64,000 nucleotides of DNA from Pseudomonadota bacterium. GTDB taxonomy: Bacteria > Bdellovibrionota_B > Oligoflexia > Oligoflexales > CAIMVM01. The notes under the pieces are model-generated. The model did not search any database and had not been told where the DNA came from. It saw only the letters and a list, made by a program, of their open reading frames with translations. A program made the translations under genes and the position numbers. Location: contig JBAXBA010000005.1 in assembly GCA_037142195.1 (NCBI GenBank), positions 18,457 to 82,456 of the forward strand. The letters are read 5' to 3'. Position 1 is the stretch's first letter, and each line of letters starts with the position of its first letter. This document shows positions 31,095 through 40,498 of the stretch, one piece after another.

Positions 31095-32621
31095 ATGAAA
31101 TTTCTATTATTTGCACTTATAATTTCATCGCCAGCTTTTGCAGAAAAAGTAGTTGTATTTAAAGATCATATTCAGACTTTGCCCGCAGAATTTGTGCGAT
31201 CCCAGGATGCAAGCACTTACACCGTTAAAAAATACTGGAATACGCCTCGATTTGCAATTCAGTCTCTTCCCGATAATCCATGGGAGAACGCAAAGCGACA
31301 GAAAAATTTAGCTGTTCTTTTAAAAGACACAGCTGATTTCGGAGCAATCCCCAAAAATGGCATCAAGTCAATTGAGGAAAATACTCCCTATCAAGAAGAA
31401 GATTTTTTGGGGAATGATCATTTTGATCCCGTCAGTTGCCCGGGAGTTATCTATGGATTCCATCATTATTCAGAAGCGACTCAGCGTTTAGAATCTGCTA
31501 CATCCTGTGACGTTTATTCCATTAGACCTAGTGGGCGATGGCAGTACACAATCAATGTTGTCTCTTCTACGCCCAAGTTAATCGAAGTTTTTGAACATGG
31601 GTCCAAGATCGGTGAATCAAGAACGGGAAAGATTGAATTAAATTTCAACTATGGCTATCGTCAGCGCTATTTTGTAATCTCTGGTTCGCCTGGAGAATAT
31701 CGGACAAATATTTTCCCTACAAAAGCCAATCGCTCCAAAGAGAAATTAGTCAATTTTGCATTCTCAGATCAATTTTCAAATGCTTACGGCTTTGGGGTTC
31801 CTAATTCTGTAAAACTTATGGGTCCAACCGCTAATACATCAAAATATATTGGCGCTAACATGATGGCAGCTGAAAGTTTTTGGACAAAAGGCTTTAAGGG
31901 CAAAGGCATTAAAGTAGCGGTTGTGGATACAGGCATTGATGCGCGTCATCCTCTATTGGAGGGTGTAGTGCGAAGTGGCATTGAAATCTTCGGCATGAAC
32001 ACATCTCCTGAGGATTTTGATGATTTCTATGGACATGGAACTCATGTTGCTGGAATCATCCACCAAGTAGCTCCTGAAGCAGAAATCATGGCGGTTCGTG
32101 TTTTTGATGAGACTCAAGATACCGGAGTGGAAACTCTCTCCAAAGGAATCAGATGGGCCATCGATAACGGCGCTAATGTGATTAATTTGAGCTTAGGCGG
32201 GCCGGACGGTTCAAAGGATTTTAAAAAGATCTTTGAATATGGCGTCTCAAAGGGAGTTTTATTTGCTATTGCAACTGGAAACGAAAGAGGCTTTGTTCCG
32301 CTCTTTCCTGCTATTTATGCAGGTGACCTTCCAGGACTAGGATTGGCGGTCGGCGCCGCCAATGCATGGGGCAACATAGCACCCTTTTCAAACTGGGGTG
32401 GAAATAATTTGAATATGAAAATGGCTACAAGCCATGGTGTGGGTGTATCATCGGCTAAATTCCATACAGACGAAATGGTCAATATGTCTGGAACTTCCAT
32501 GGCATCGCCCCAAATCGCAGGCATTCTGGCTTTGTATAAAAATGCGTTTCCTAATCTCAAAAATCAGGAGCTTGTGGATTTGATTTCTAAGAATGTAGTT
32601 CGAGCAGCTGTTGATGATTGA
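31095..32621 (+). CDS. Secreted S8 subtilisin-like serine protease with an uncharacterised N-terminal region
   Basis: VAVVDTG, HGTHVAG and GTSMASP triad; AGGAGG SD. Confidence 0.92.
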   Translation: MKFLLFALIISSPAFAEKVVVFKDHIQTLPAEFVRSQDASTYTVKKYWNTPRFAIQSLPDNPWENAKRQKNLAVLLKDTADFGAIPKNGIKSIEENTPYQEEDFLGNDHFDPVSCPGVIYGFHHYSEATQRLESATSCDVYSIRPSGRWQYTINVVSSTPKLIEVFEHGSKIGESRTGKIELNFNYGYRQRYFVISGSPGEYRTNIFPTKANRSKEKLVNFAFSDQFSNAYGFGVPNSVKLMGPTANTSKYIGANMMAAESFWTKGFKGKGIKVAVVDTGIDARHPLLEGVVRSGIEIFGMNTSPEDFDDFYGHGTHVAGIIHQVAPEAEIMAVRVFDETQDTGVETLSKGIRWAIDNGANVINLSLGGPDGSKDFKKIFEYGVSKGVLFAIATGNERGFVPLFPAIYAGDLPGLGLAVGAANAWGNIAPFSNWGGNNLNMKMATSHGVGVSSAKFHTDEMVNMSGTSMASPQIAGILALYKNAFPNLKNQELVDLISKNVVRAAVDD

Positions 32622-32649
32622 TTGATAGTTGTAAAAGTAAAAGTATCGT

Positions 32650-32678
32650 CCGAGCTGGCTTCTCACCAGCTCGGTTTC
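32650..32678 (+). terminator. Rho-independent terminator
   Basis: CCGAGCTGG/CCAGCTCGG perfect 9-bp stem followed by TTTC. Confidence 0.65.
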
Positions 32679-32987
32679 TAATCTTGTATGTTTGCAAATA
32701 GCTGTTTAAGCGTCTATCTATGCCTACTTATGCGCCGCTCCCAAAACATGCATATTCCAGTTCCGAAAATCGACGAGAACATATGACTATAGCAACAGTA
32801 AGGCTAGATAACTTTTTGCTATCTTTTGTAACCTATAATAACAACGAACACACATAGTTCTGTTACTACTTACTGATAGATAATCGGCTCTCCCCAATTG
32901 AGGATTGATTTTGAAAGAAATGGTGTGGCACACTCATAATTATAAAGTTTCAATGAAGAAACTGGGTCGTCTTTCAAGGAGGAATGA

Positions 32988-34481
32988 ATGCGTACGAAGT
33001 TATTTTCCGCAGCTTGTTGGTCGTTGGCTCTCACAGCCACAGCCGAACCATTAACCCTCATCCAAGTACAAAAGTCCCTTGCTAGTAAAAACGCCCCGTG
33101 GACGGCGGCTGATACAGGCGTCATCGAATCTCTTGGCGTCTATCAGAAAGCGAATCCGTTTGGCTTAGCGGCAATGCCTGAGGGCGACGACGGCGCCTTG
33201 GAGATCGAAGATAAGAACCAATCTGCCGATTTGCCTTCGGCACTGGATTGGCGCAATTACGAGGGGATGAATTTCTTATCAAGTATCCGCAATCAAGCTT
33301 TCTGCGGTAGCTGTGTTGCGTTCGCTGCCATCGGCGCCTTTGAGGGGCGTTTAAAAGTTGCTGCCAAGAGTCCCCAGATGAGTGTCGATCTTTCGGAACA
33401 ACATTTGTTTCAAGATATTGGCGGCTGTGATTCTGGTTCCTTCCCTCAGCTTGCTGCCATGAGTTTGCAGAGTTCGGGAACTACCGATGAGGCTTGCACG
33501 CCCTATACACTAGGCCGAATGGGCATGAGCAAGGGCGCCAGTGAGTGTGCTGATGTAAAAAGTCGTCTTCATAAAATTGATGGCTACACTTCACTTTCTA
33601 AAAGCAAGATTAAAGCCGCACTCCAGAATGGTCCTGTTACGACAGCCATGGCTGTTTTTGAAGACTTTATGTTTTACAAAAGCGGCATTTACCAACATAC
33701 GACAGGCAAGAGATTAGGTGGACACGCAGTGGGTATCGTCGGTTACGATGATGTCGCTGGCGTTTGGATTGTCCGTAATAGCTGGGGCACATCTTGGGGG
33801 GAAGATGGCTACTTCCGTATCCCTTATAATAATGACAGCGGTGTTGGCAACGGTGGCATTGCTTACAAAGTAGCGGATCCCGCCATTGAGGTTGGACTCG
33901 ACAATGCTCAAAATTTTGCCGTGCTGAGCGGTAAGGTGAAAATCCAAGGCGTTTCCTATCGCGGCACGTCCTTGAAAAGCGTTCGTTACACTTTGCAAGG
34001 GCGCGGCGCTAACAGCTTTAGCTCCGTCAAAGGATCTATAGACCTCAACAGCCTAGAAGCCGAGATTGATACGACAGCGTTAGAGACTGGCGTCTATGAA
34101 CTTTCGGTTATCAGCGAAAGACAAGATGGCTCCCCTTCAAATCCTTGGTTTCAGCTGGTGCAGGTGGTCAATGGCGAGCAAAATATCGCCATGACTCTAG
34201 TGCCTGAGTTTCCCACCGATAAACCGGCAAGCGGCCGTGTTTATATCCGATTGGAAAGCAAATTTGAGAAGGTGGGATTAACTTTTGCTGACATTCACTT
34301 CCGCAAGACGGACGGCTCAGCCGAAAAGACGGTACGCACTGAAAATCCTGGTGATGCGGCAAAAGTTGGCTGGCGCACCCCGATGATGCCAAATGGTGAG
34401 TACGAAGTCACTGCAGAGGGGTTCCTTGGTGATCTTCAGCATTTTACATCTAATAAGCTTATCGTTAACATTGCAAACTAG
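32988..34481 (+). CDS. Secreted papain-like (C1A) cysteine protease with C-terminal Ig-like domains
   Basis: LPSALDWR, NQAFCGSCVAF, GGHAVGIVGY and IVRNSWG; C-terminal IDTTALETGVYEL and WRTPMMPNGEYEV beta-sandwich motifs. Confidence 0.92.
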   Translation: MRTKLFSAACWSLALTATAEPLTLIQVQKSLASKNAPWTAADTGVIESLGVYQKANPFGLAAMPEGDDGALEIEDKNQSADLPSALDWRNYEGMNFLSSIRNQAFCGSCVAFAAIGAFEGRLKVAAKSPQMSVDLSEQHLFQDIGGCDSGSFPQLAAMSLQSSGTTDEACTPYTLGRMGMSKGASECADVKSRLHKIDGYTSLSKSKIKAALQNGPVTTAMAVFEDFMFYKSGIYQHTTGKRLGGHAVGIVGYDDVAGVWIVRNSWGTSWGEDGYFRIPYNNDSGVGNGGIAYKVADPAIEVGLDNAQNFAVLSGKVKIQGVSYRGTSLKSVRYTLQGRGANSFSSVKGSIDLNSLEAEIDTTALETGVYELSVISERQDGSPSNPWFQLVQVVNGEQNIAMTLVPEFPTDKPASGRVYIRLESKFEKVGLTFADIHFRKTDGSAEKTVRTENPGDAAKVGWRTPMMPNGEYEVTAEGFLGDLQHFTSNKLIVNIAN

Positions 34482-34506
34482 TAGTCATTAAAAGCTAGAA
34501 AAACAG

Positions 34507-34546
34507 ACAAAGCCCTTCTTGGGAACGAGGAGGACTTTGTTATTTT
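34507..34546 (+). terminator. Rho-independent terminator
   Basis: ACAAAG-C-CCTTCTTG-GGAA-CGAGGAGG-A-CTTTGT hairpin (GNRA loop) followed by TATTTT. Confidence 0.6.
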
Positions 34547-35036
34547 GAGCTTCCCCATATTATGATGGAATCCATTCAGTACCTTAAGAAGAGATAAAAG
34601 ATACGCTTCAAACAAGAAAATTCACAACCCAGGGTAATGCATTTAAACATTGATAGCGCAATGTAAGGGCAATTTTAAGACTCTGATACTCGGCAAAAAA
34701 CATTTCCAGCAACTTTCAAGCCATTTCTAAGTATTTTCCCAGAAATCTGCGCGTGAAGTAAAAAGCTAATCTTTTTTTCCGATGATTTCCAAAGTCATGA
34801 GCAATGGCTATGCTTTGAGGGAAGGATGAGATTACTGCCGCAGGGACCCTTGTCGCAAATATCTAGCAAATTCTTCAGACGAGCCAAGAAGGCTTGAGGG
34901 CTATGTAATCTCTGGTGAGCTTCTCACATATTTTCGAGCCCTAACTCCTAAACCGTCTGGAACTTTGACAAGGATAATGGAAGCAAAATTCCGTTCTTTA
35001 GAGCGGAGTCCCACAAAGCGGAATAAAAAAACTAAA

Positions 35037-37730
35037 TCACCCCGTATTGCGCATGCCAGCGGAAATTCCATTAATGGAAATTACTAAAGCTTCTTTTAAG
35101 CTCGCCGAATCGTCGCCGTTTCGAAGCCGCTTTAACAGCTCAACTTGTATCAAATTGAGAGGATCCACGTAAGGATTTCTAAGTCGAATCGATCGTTTTA
35201 GGACTGAGTTACTTGCTAAAAGTTCGTCTGACTGAATGGCCGTCAAAACTGCAGATTGGGTGAGTCGGAAATTTTCTCTAAGGACTTCACCAAGAGCCAT
35301 TAATGGGCTTTGTTTAGGAAGAAGGTTGACATCATAGTGACAAGCAATATTGAAGTCGGCCTTTGCAAGTACCATTTCAATAAGAGCTAAAGTGGATTGA
35401 AAGAAAGGCCAATTTGCCGCCATTTCTAAAAGAATTGGTCGATCTTGAGATGAAAGCTTGCTTTCAAGAGCACGACCCACACCTAACCAAACAGGCAGCA
35501 TAAAACGAGTCTGGGTCCAGGCAAAAATCCAGGGAATCGCGCGCAATGACTTAATGTCAGCGACCCCTCCCCTTCGACTGGGACGACTTCCAATATTCAA
35601 ACTCCCCAGCTCATTAACCGGAGTTGCTAAGGTAAAATACTCTTGGAAGTGAGCATCGCCATACACAACCTGTCGGTACTCTTGGCTGCTAAGTTCAGCG
35701 AGCTGATCCATGATGTCGCTCCAAACCTTAGGAATAGCTGGACCTTTTTTAAGGGAGGCCGAAAGGGTGCCAGCGACATACAGGTCCAAATTTCTGATAG
35801 CAATTTCCGGAATTCCAAACTTGGCCTGAATCATTTCACCCTGCTCGGTAACTCGTAGAGTTTTGTCTACAGAACCTGGGGGCTGGGACATAATCGCCAA
35901 ATAAGTTGGACCGCCACCACGCCCCACGGTTCCCCCGCGCCCATGAAACAGAGTTAGATCAACTTCAAAAGATTTACAAAGAGACACTAAGGATTCTTGA
36001 GCTTTATAAAGAGCCCAAGCAGCCGCCATTCTACCCGCGTCTTTCGAAGAGTCGGAATACCCTATCATAATCTCTTGCTTACGATCCATACGCTCAACGT
36101 AACTTGAATTTTTGAAGAGACTCTCCATAATACGCGGGCTGTTATATAGGTCATTTTCAGTCTCAAAAAGAGGTACTACTTTTAAAATCCTCCTCCCACA
36201 TATTTCTTTTTGGAGCAGCTCGACGGCCAGTACGTCACTAGCAGCTCCCGCCATGGAAATGATGTAAGAACCAAACGCATCTTTCCCAAATTCCTCGATA
36301 ACTTTAAAGACATCAAGTACGGCAAGTGTAGACTCGGAGAATTTCGTGCGACTATTTATTAAAGGCCTTTCAGACCGAAGTTCATTTGAAAGCAACTGAA
36401 CTCGCTCTTCCTCAGACATATCTCGATATTGTCCCATTCCCGCTTGCGTGAGAACCTCATCTAACGCAGCCAAATGCTTGGAAGACTCTTGACGCAAATC
36501 CAATTTAGCTAGACAGAATCCAAAACAAGAAAATCTTTTGATAACATCGTAAAGAAGGCCGTTGGCAATGTCACCAGCAGATATTTCGACTAAAGAGTCA
36601 AACATCAAAAGAAGGCGTTGTTCAAATTCCTGTTTAGACAGAACTACACTTTGATCTATAGTCACTACTTCATATTTGCTTTTCATTAAATCGATATCAC
36701 GCAATGCTCTAATACATTTCAACAGTTCTTTGATGACATATCTATAGGGCTCCCTGTTTTGCTTTGCATGGTGCAAAAGTTCAGAGCTAGCTCTTGATAG
36801 GGAAAGTTCCTCAGAAAGACTTCTCAGATCTCGTTCATAGAGTTCAAATGCCATCCAACGCGAAAGAAAGCACACCTCTCTGGTAACTTCTGGCAAGACA
36901 AAAGGATTGCCATCTCGATCCCCGCCCATCCATGAGCCGAAAGAAATGGGGACAAATGGAATTGGTGGACACTTGCCCAAGTGAAGGAGTGAGGCTTGAT
37001 CTAGGGATCGACAATAGGCTGGAATCGCACGCCATAGAGTTTGTTCTATGACACTCAGCCCACTTCTGGCTTCTTCCAATGGGGTGGGTTTACTGCGAAT
37101 AATTTCATCGGTCAGCCAGGCGGACTTAATTTCTTTTTGCAAGGCATGAGTAAGATCTGAGTGTTCTTTAGCTGTTGTTTGCCCCACTCCCCTATCTAGC
37201 AGTATTTTAGCGATGTTATTGTGCTTTTTTATAAGAGTTCTTCGCACCACTTCGGTAGGATGAGCCGTGAGTACGAGATCAACTTTTATCTCTGAAAGTG
37301 TTTTAAAGATTTCTTCGCTGCTAAACCCGTCAGTGGATAGGTCAAGCAAAACAGCTTCAATAGAGCCCCGCTGAGGTTTAGCATTTCTATCCAACTGAAA
37401 CTCACGTCGACGCCTTACGCGATGAACTTGCTCCGCAATATTTGCTAGAGTTAAAAAATGTTCAAACCCGCGCGCCACCTGGCATGAGTCTTGATCACTT
37501 AACTTCGCTAGGTGACTTTGAATAGCAGAAAACTGTGTGCCGCCCTGCTCACGGCCCATCTTAGAAAGGCGCCTGACCGTTTCAATACTCTCAAATACGA
37601 GTTCACCAGACTGCGACCGAATCACAGATCCTAAAATATTTCCTAATAGTTTTACATCATCTCGGAGAGCGGCGTCAGTAGCCGCCGCTGGATTTTTTAA
37701 TCCGTCGCTCACAGAAGCCTCATCGCTCAT
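35037..37730 (-). CDS. ppc: Phosphoenolpyruvate carboxylase
   Basis: VLTAHPTE, SWMGGDRDGNP, IMIGYSDSSKDAG, FHGRGGTVGRGGGP, LRAIPWIFAWTQ, terminal MRNTG. Confidence 0.98.
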   Translation of the reverse strand: MSDEASVSDGLKNPAAATDAALRDDVKLLGNILGSVIRSQSGELVFESIETVRRLSKMGREQGGTQFSAIQSHLAKLSDQDSCQVARGFEHFLTLANIAEQVHRVRRRREFQLDRNAKPQRGSIEAVLLDLSTDGFSSEEIFKTLSEIKVDLVLTAHPTEVVRRTLIKKHNNIAKILLDRGVGQTTAKEHSDLTHALQKEIKSAWLTDEIIRSKPTPLEEARSGLSVIEQTLWRAIPAYCRSLDQASLLHLGKCPPIPFVPISFGSWMGGDRDGNPFVLPEVTREVCFLSRWMAFELYERDLRSLSEELSLSRASSELLHHAKQNREPYRYVIKELLKCIRALRDIDLMKSKYEVVTIDQSVVLSKQEFEQRLLLMFDSLVEISAGDIANGLLYDVIKRFSCFGFCLAKLDLRQESSKHLAALDEVLTQAGMGQYRDMSEEERVQLLSNELRSERPLINSRTKFSESTLAVLDVFKVIEEFGKDAFGSYIISMAGAASDVLAVELLQKEICGRRILKVVPLFETENDLYNSPRIMESLFKNSSYVERMDRKQEIMIGYSDSSKDAGRMAAAWALYKAQESLVSLCKSFEVDLTLFHGRGGTVGRGGGPTYLAIMSQPPGSVDKTLRVTEQGEMIQAKFGIPEIAIRNLDLYVAGTLSASLKKGPAIPKVWSDIMDQLAELSSQEYRQVVYGDAHFQEYFTLATPVNELGSLNIGSRPSRRGGVADIKSLRAIPWIFAWTQTRFMLPVWLGVGRALESKLSSQDRPILLEMAANWPFFQSTLALIEMVLAKADFNIACHYDVNLLPKQSPLMALGEVLRENFRLTQSAVLTAIQSDELLASNSVLKRSIRLRNPYVDPLNLIQVELLKRLRNGDDSASLKEALVISINGISAGMRNTG

Positions 37731-38321
37731 GTTTTAAATCTCACATCCTGAAATCATTACATCTTAGTTTAGTCCTATAGACAGCTTTGATTGTATTACT
37801 TATAGATCCATCCACAAGGTTAAATTTGATACTAGATTCCTGCTTCCTCACGGCTGGTTTAACTTTCAGACCCTTTATCGCGGTCGAGAAAGAACTTTCC
37901 TCACTACAGGCTTTGCCACACACCTCGACCCCACAGATTTCGCGTCAAGATCGCAATCAAGGGGCTTCAAAAATTCCGGATTTGAAAACCTACGGAGCCA
38001 TCACTTCCGAGATAAGGTAGAAAACTTCATTCTCGGGAATGTGCGGAATGAGCTTCCTTATGGGAAGCAAGGCTGCCACTTTGTTTGTCGGTCATAAAAA
38101 TTTTCTACTTTTAAAAGTCTCCAGATCATTTTTGGGCTTCTGCACCAAGTAGCATCACCTTAAGATTGTACAACTGCAGCACTCTTTTTCTCAAACACTT
38201 TGCGCTAGGCTTAAGCTATGAAATAGATATGTCATTTTGGAAGAGGCTCTTTATTTGGTGTGACGTAAAAATGGTGAATCGATTTTATAAATTCTATAAT
38301 TGGCTTAATGGAAAAACGGCA

Positions 38322-38351
38322 AAGCACGGAAAAAGTGAGTTTCCCGTGCTT
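38322..38351 (-). terminator. Probable terminator after amtB
   Basis: AAGCACGG/CCGTGCTT inverted repeat, followed by TGCCGTTTTT on the minus strand. Confidence 0.5.
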
Positions 38352-38408
38352 CCCTCAGCCCAAAAATGTCTTGTGTAAGAAGTCGCCTATGATCTCCTCA
38401 AGTTTCGT

Positions 38409-39782
38409 CTAAGTATGAGATTCTTTAAGGTGGACAGGAACATACTTAGGTGTGGATTTGAGATCGATTGGGGCTGTGCGAGGTGGCACGTCCACTAGGC
38501 TTTCTCCATGTTGACTCAAGTCCAAACCAATGTCTTCTTCTTCATCTGAAACTCTTAATCCCATAGTCAAATCGACAAATTTAAAGATAAGGAGCGATCC
38601 CACAAATGAAAAAGCCGCCACATAACCTAATCCTAAACAATGTGTTAAAAACGTCTTTGTAGGTCCAAAGATGAGGCCCACATCTTTTGCAAAAATACCC
38701 GTTAAGAGCATTCCCATAATGCCACCCACACCGTGACACGGAAACACATCCAAAGTATCGTCAATTTTGGTTTTCGATTTCAAAACAACAACACATGCGG
38801 AAACAATGCTTGCAATAGCGCCAATAAAGATGCTTGCTCCTATGGAAACATAGCCAGCAGCGGGCGTAATGGCTACTAAACCGACTACAGCACCAATACA
38901 TGCGCCCACAGCGTTAGGCTTTTGACCCCTATAGACATCGAACAATACCCATGCAATAGCCGCTGAAGCTGCTGCCGAATTTGTGGTAGCAAGCGCCAAT
39001 GCTGCCTGTTCGTTAGCTCCTAGAGCAGAACCCGCATTGAATCCAAACCATCCAAACCAAAGCATGCCTGTTCCGAGAATCACATAAGGAATATTTGCTG
39101 GGGCATGGGTCGTCGTCCCGTGACTTTTACGCCGGCCCAAAAGAATCACACCAGCTAAAGCTCCGATTCCTGCTGACATGTGAACCACAGTGCCGCCAGC
39201 AAAATCCAGAAGACCCATGGTACGTAGAAATCCCGAGGGATGCCAGGTCCAATGGGCTAAAGGCGCGTAAATGAATAGAATAAACAAAGAGATAAACATA
39301 ATATAACTTTTAAATTTAATTCTCTCGGCAATCGCACCCGTTACTAGTGCTGGCGTAATAACAGCAAACTTAAGCTGAAACATAGCAAACAAAATAAGAG
39401 GAATCGTCGGCGACAAGTCTGGGTGTGTCGCTCCTGAAACACCTTTTAACATAAAAAATGTCAACGGATTTCCGATAAGGCCGCCGAGGGAATCCCCGAA
39501 GGCTAAGCTAAATCCCACTATGACCCAAATGAGGCTAATGATTCCCATAGAAATAAAGCTTTGAACCATAGTCGAGATTACATTTTTAGGACTGACCATC
39601 CCGCCATAGAAGAAAGCGAGCCCAGGTGTCATAAACAGCACGAAACTTGTGGCGGTGAGCATCCAGGCAACATCGGCAGGGTTTATCGGCCCACCTACTT
39701 TAAGTGGCGCTGATGTAGGCATAAGACCCACGTAAACACAAAAACCAATCAATAAAAACAATAGCAAGCTACTTCGCTTCAT
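38409..39782 (-). CDS. amtB: Ammonium transporter
   Basis: MTPGLAFFYGG, DFAGGTVVH, LWFGWFGFNAGS, DDTLDVFPCHG; start placed at MKRSS (39782). Confidence 0.96.
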   Translation of the reverse strand: MKRSSLLLFLLIGFCVYVGLMPTSAPLKVGGPINPADVAWMLTATSFVLFMTPGLAFFYGGMVSPKNVISTMVQSFISMGIISLIWVIVGFSLAFGDSLGGLIGNPLTFFMLKGVSGATHPDLSPTIPLILFAMFQLKFAVITPALVTGAIAERIKFKSYIMFISLFILFIYAPLAHWTWHPSGFLRTMGLLDFAGGTVVHMSAGIGALAGVILLGRRKSHGTTTHAPANIPYVILGTGMLWFGWFGFNAGSALGANEQAALALATTNSAAASAAIAWVLFDVYRGQKPNAVGACIGAVVGLVAITPAAGYVSIGASIFIGAIASIVSACVVVLKSKTKIDDTLDVFPCHGVGGIMGMLLTGIFAKDVGLIFGPTKTFLTHCLGLGYVAAFSFVGSLLIFKFVDLTMGLRVSDEEEDIGLDLSQHGESLVDVPPRTAPIDLKSTPKYVPVHLKESHT

Positions 39783-40498
39783 TCTCTTCCCCCCGGTTAA
39801 GAAATTAGTCAAAAAAAATATATGAGATGAATTAGCTAAACGACTGATCGAGTAAATGCAAGACCAAAATTCTAATATTGCTTTCGACAGACATCGACAA
39901 TTGTATTTTGACACTATAAAACAAGTCCTATTTTACGAGTAGAAAATATTTTCCACGAAATTCGCAAATAGGAACGAGCGCAAATCCATTTGAAATTCTT
40001 GATGCTCATCGCGGCAAGCAGAGGATCCTCATATTCCAACAAGTCAATTTGCCCGGTTAAGTTTCCTAGGGGCTCCTTTGCCAAGCTGTCTTTGCTGGCC
40101 TATGCCATTTGGGGCTTTTTGGGAAATGTCTTGCAATTTTAGGCGAGTTCATTTAGGTCATAAGCAATAAAAATCGCAGTTTTGACTTTTTTCTGGTCCG
40201 GGGGGAGTAGGATGGAGCCGAGTTATCTGATTGGGTTAAAAATAGGCCACCTTTTGGTGGTAGTAAGTACCGTTTCCCATCATCAGCCTTCTGAGCTTAT
40301 AAACTTCCGAGATTCATGAAACATGAGATGGGAAAAAATGGGTTTCTAATCCAGTAGCAAGCCATTTCTATTTGGCCAACTCAGGATTTAGTGCCCTTTT
40401 TGACCTTTCAATAGTCGAGAGTACGACGGATTCACGCATCATGAGAACTAGGGCTCGAATTCGTAATTTCGCCTGGACATAGGCTCGAGAGGATAAAA

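Noticed and set aside
39783..40498. Glutamine riboswitch or sigma54 promoter between amtB and gltB
   Set aside because: No convincing glnA-motif or TGGCAC-N5-TTGC match found by eye
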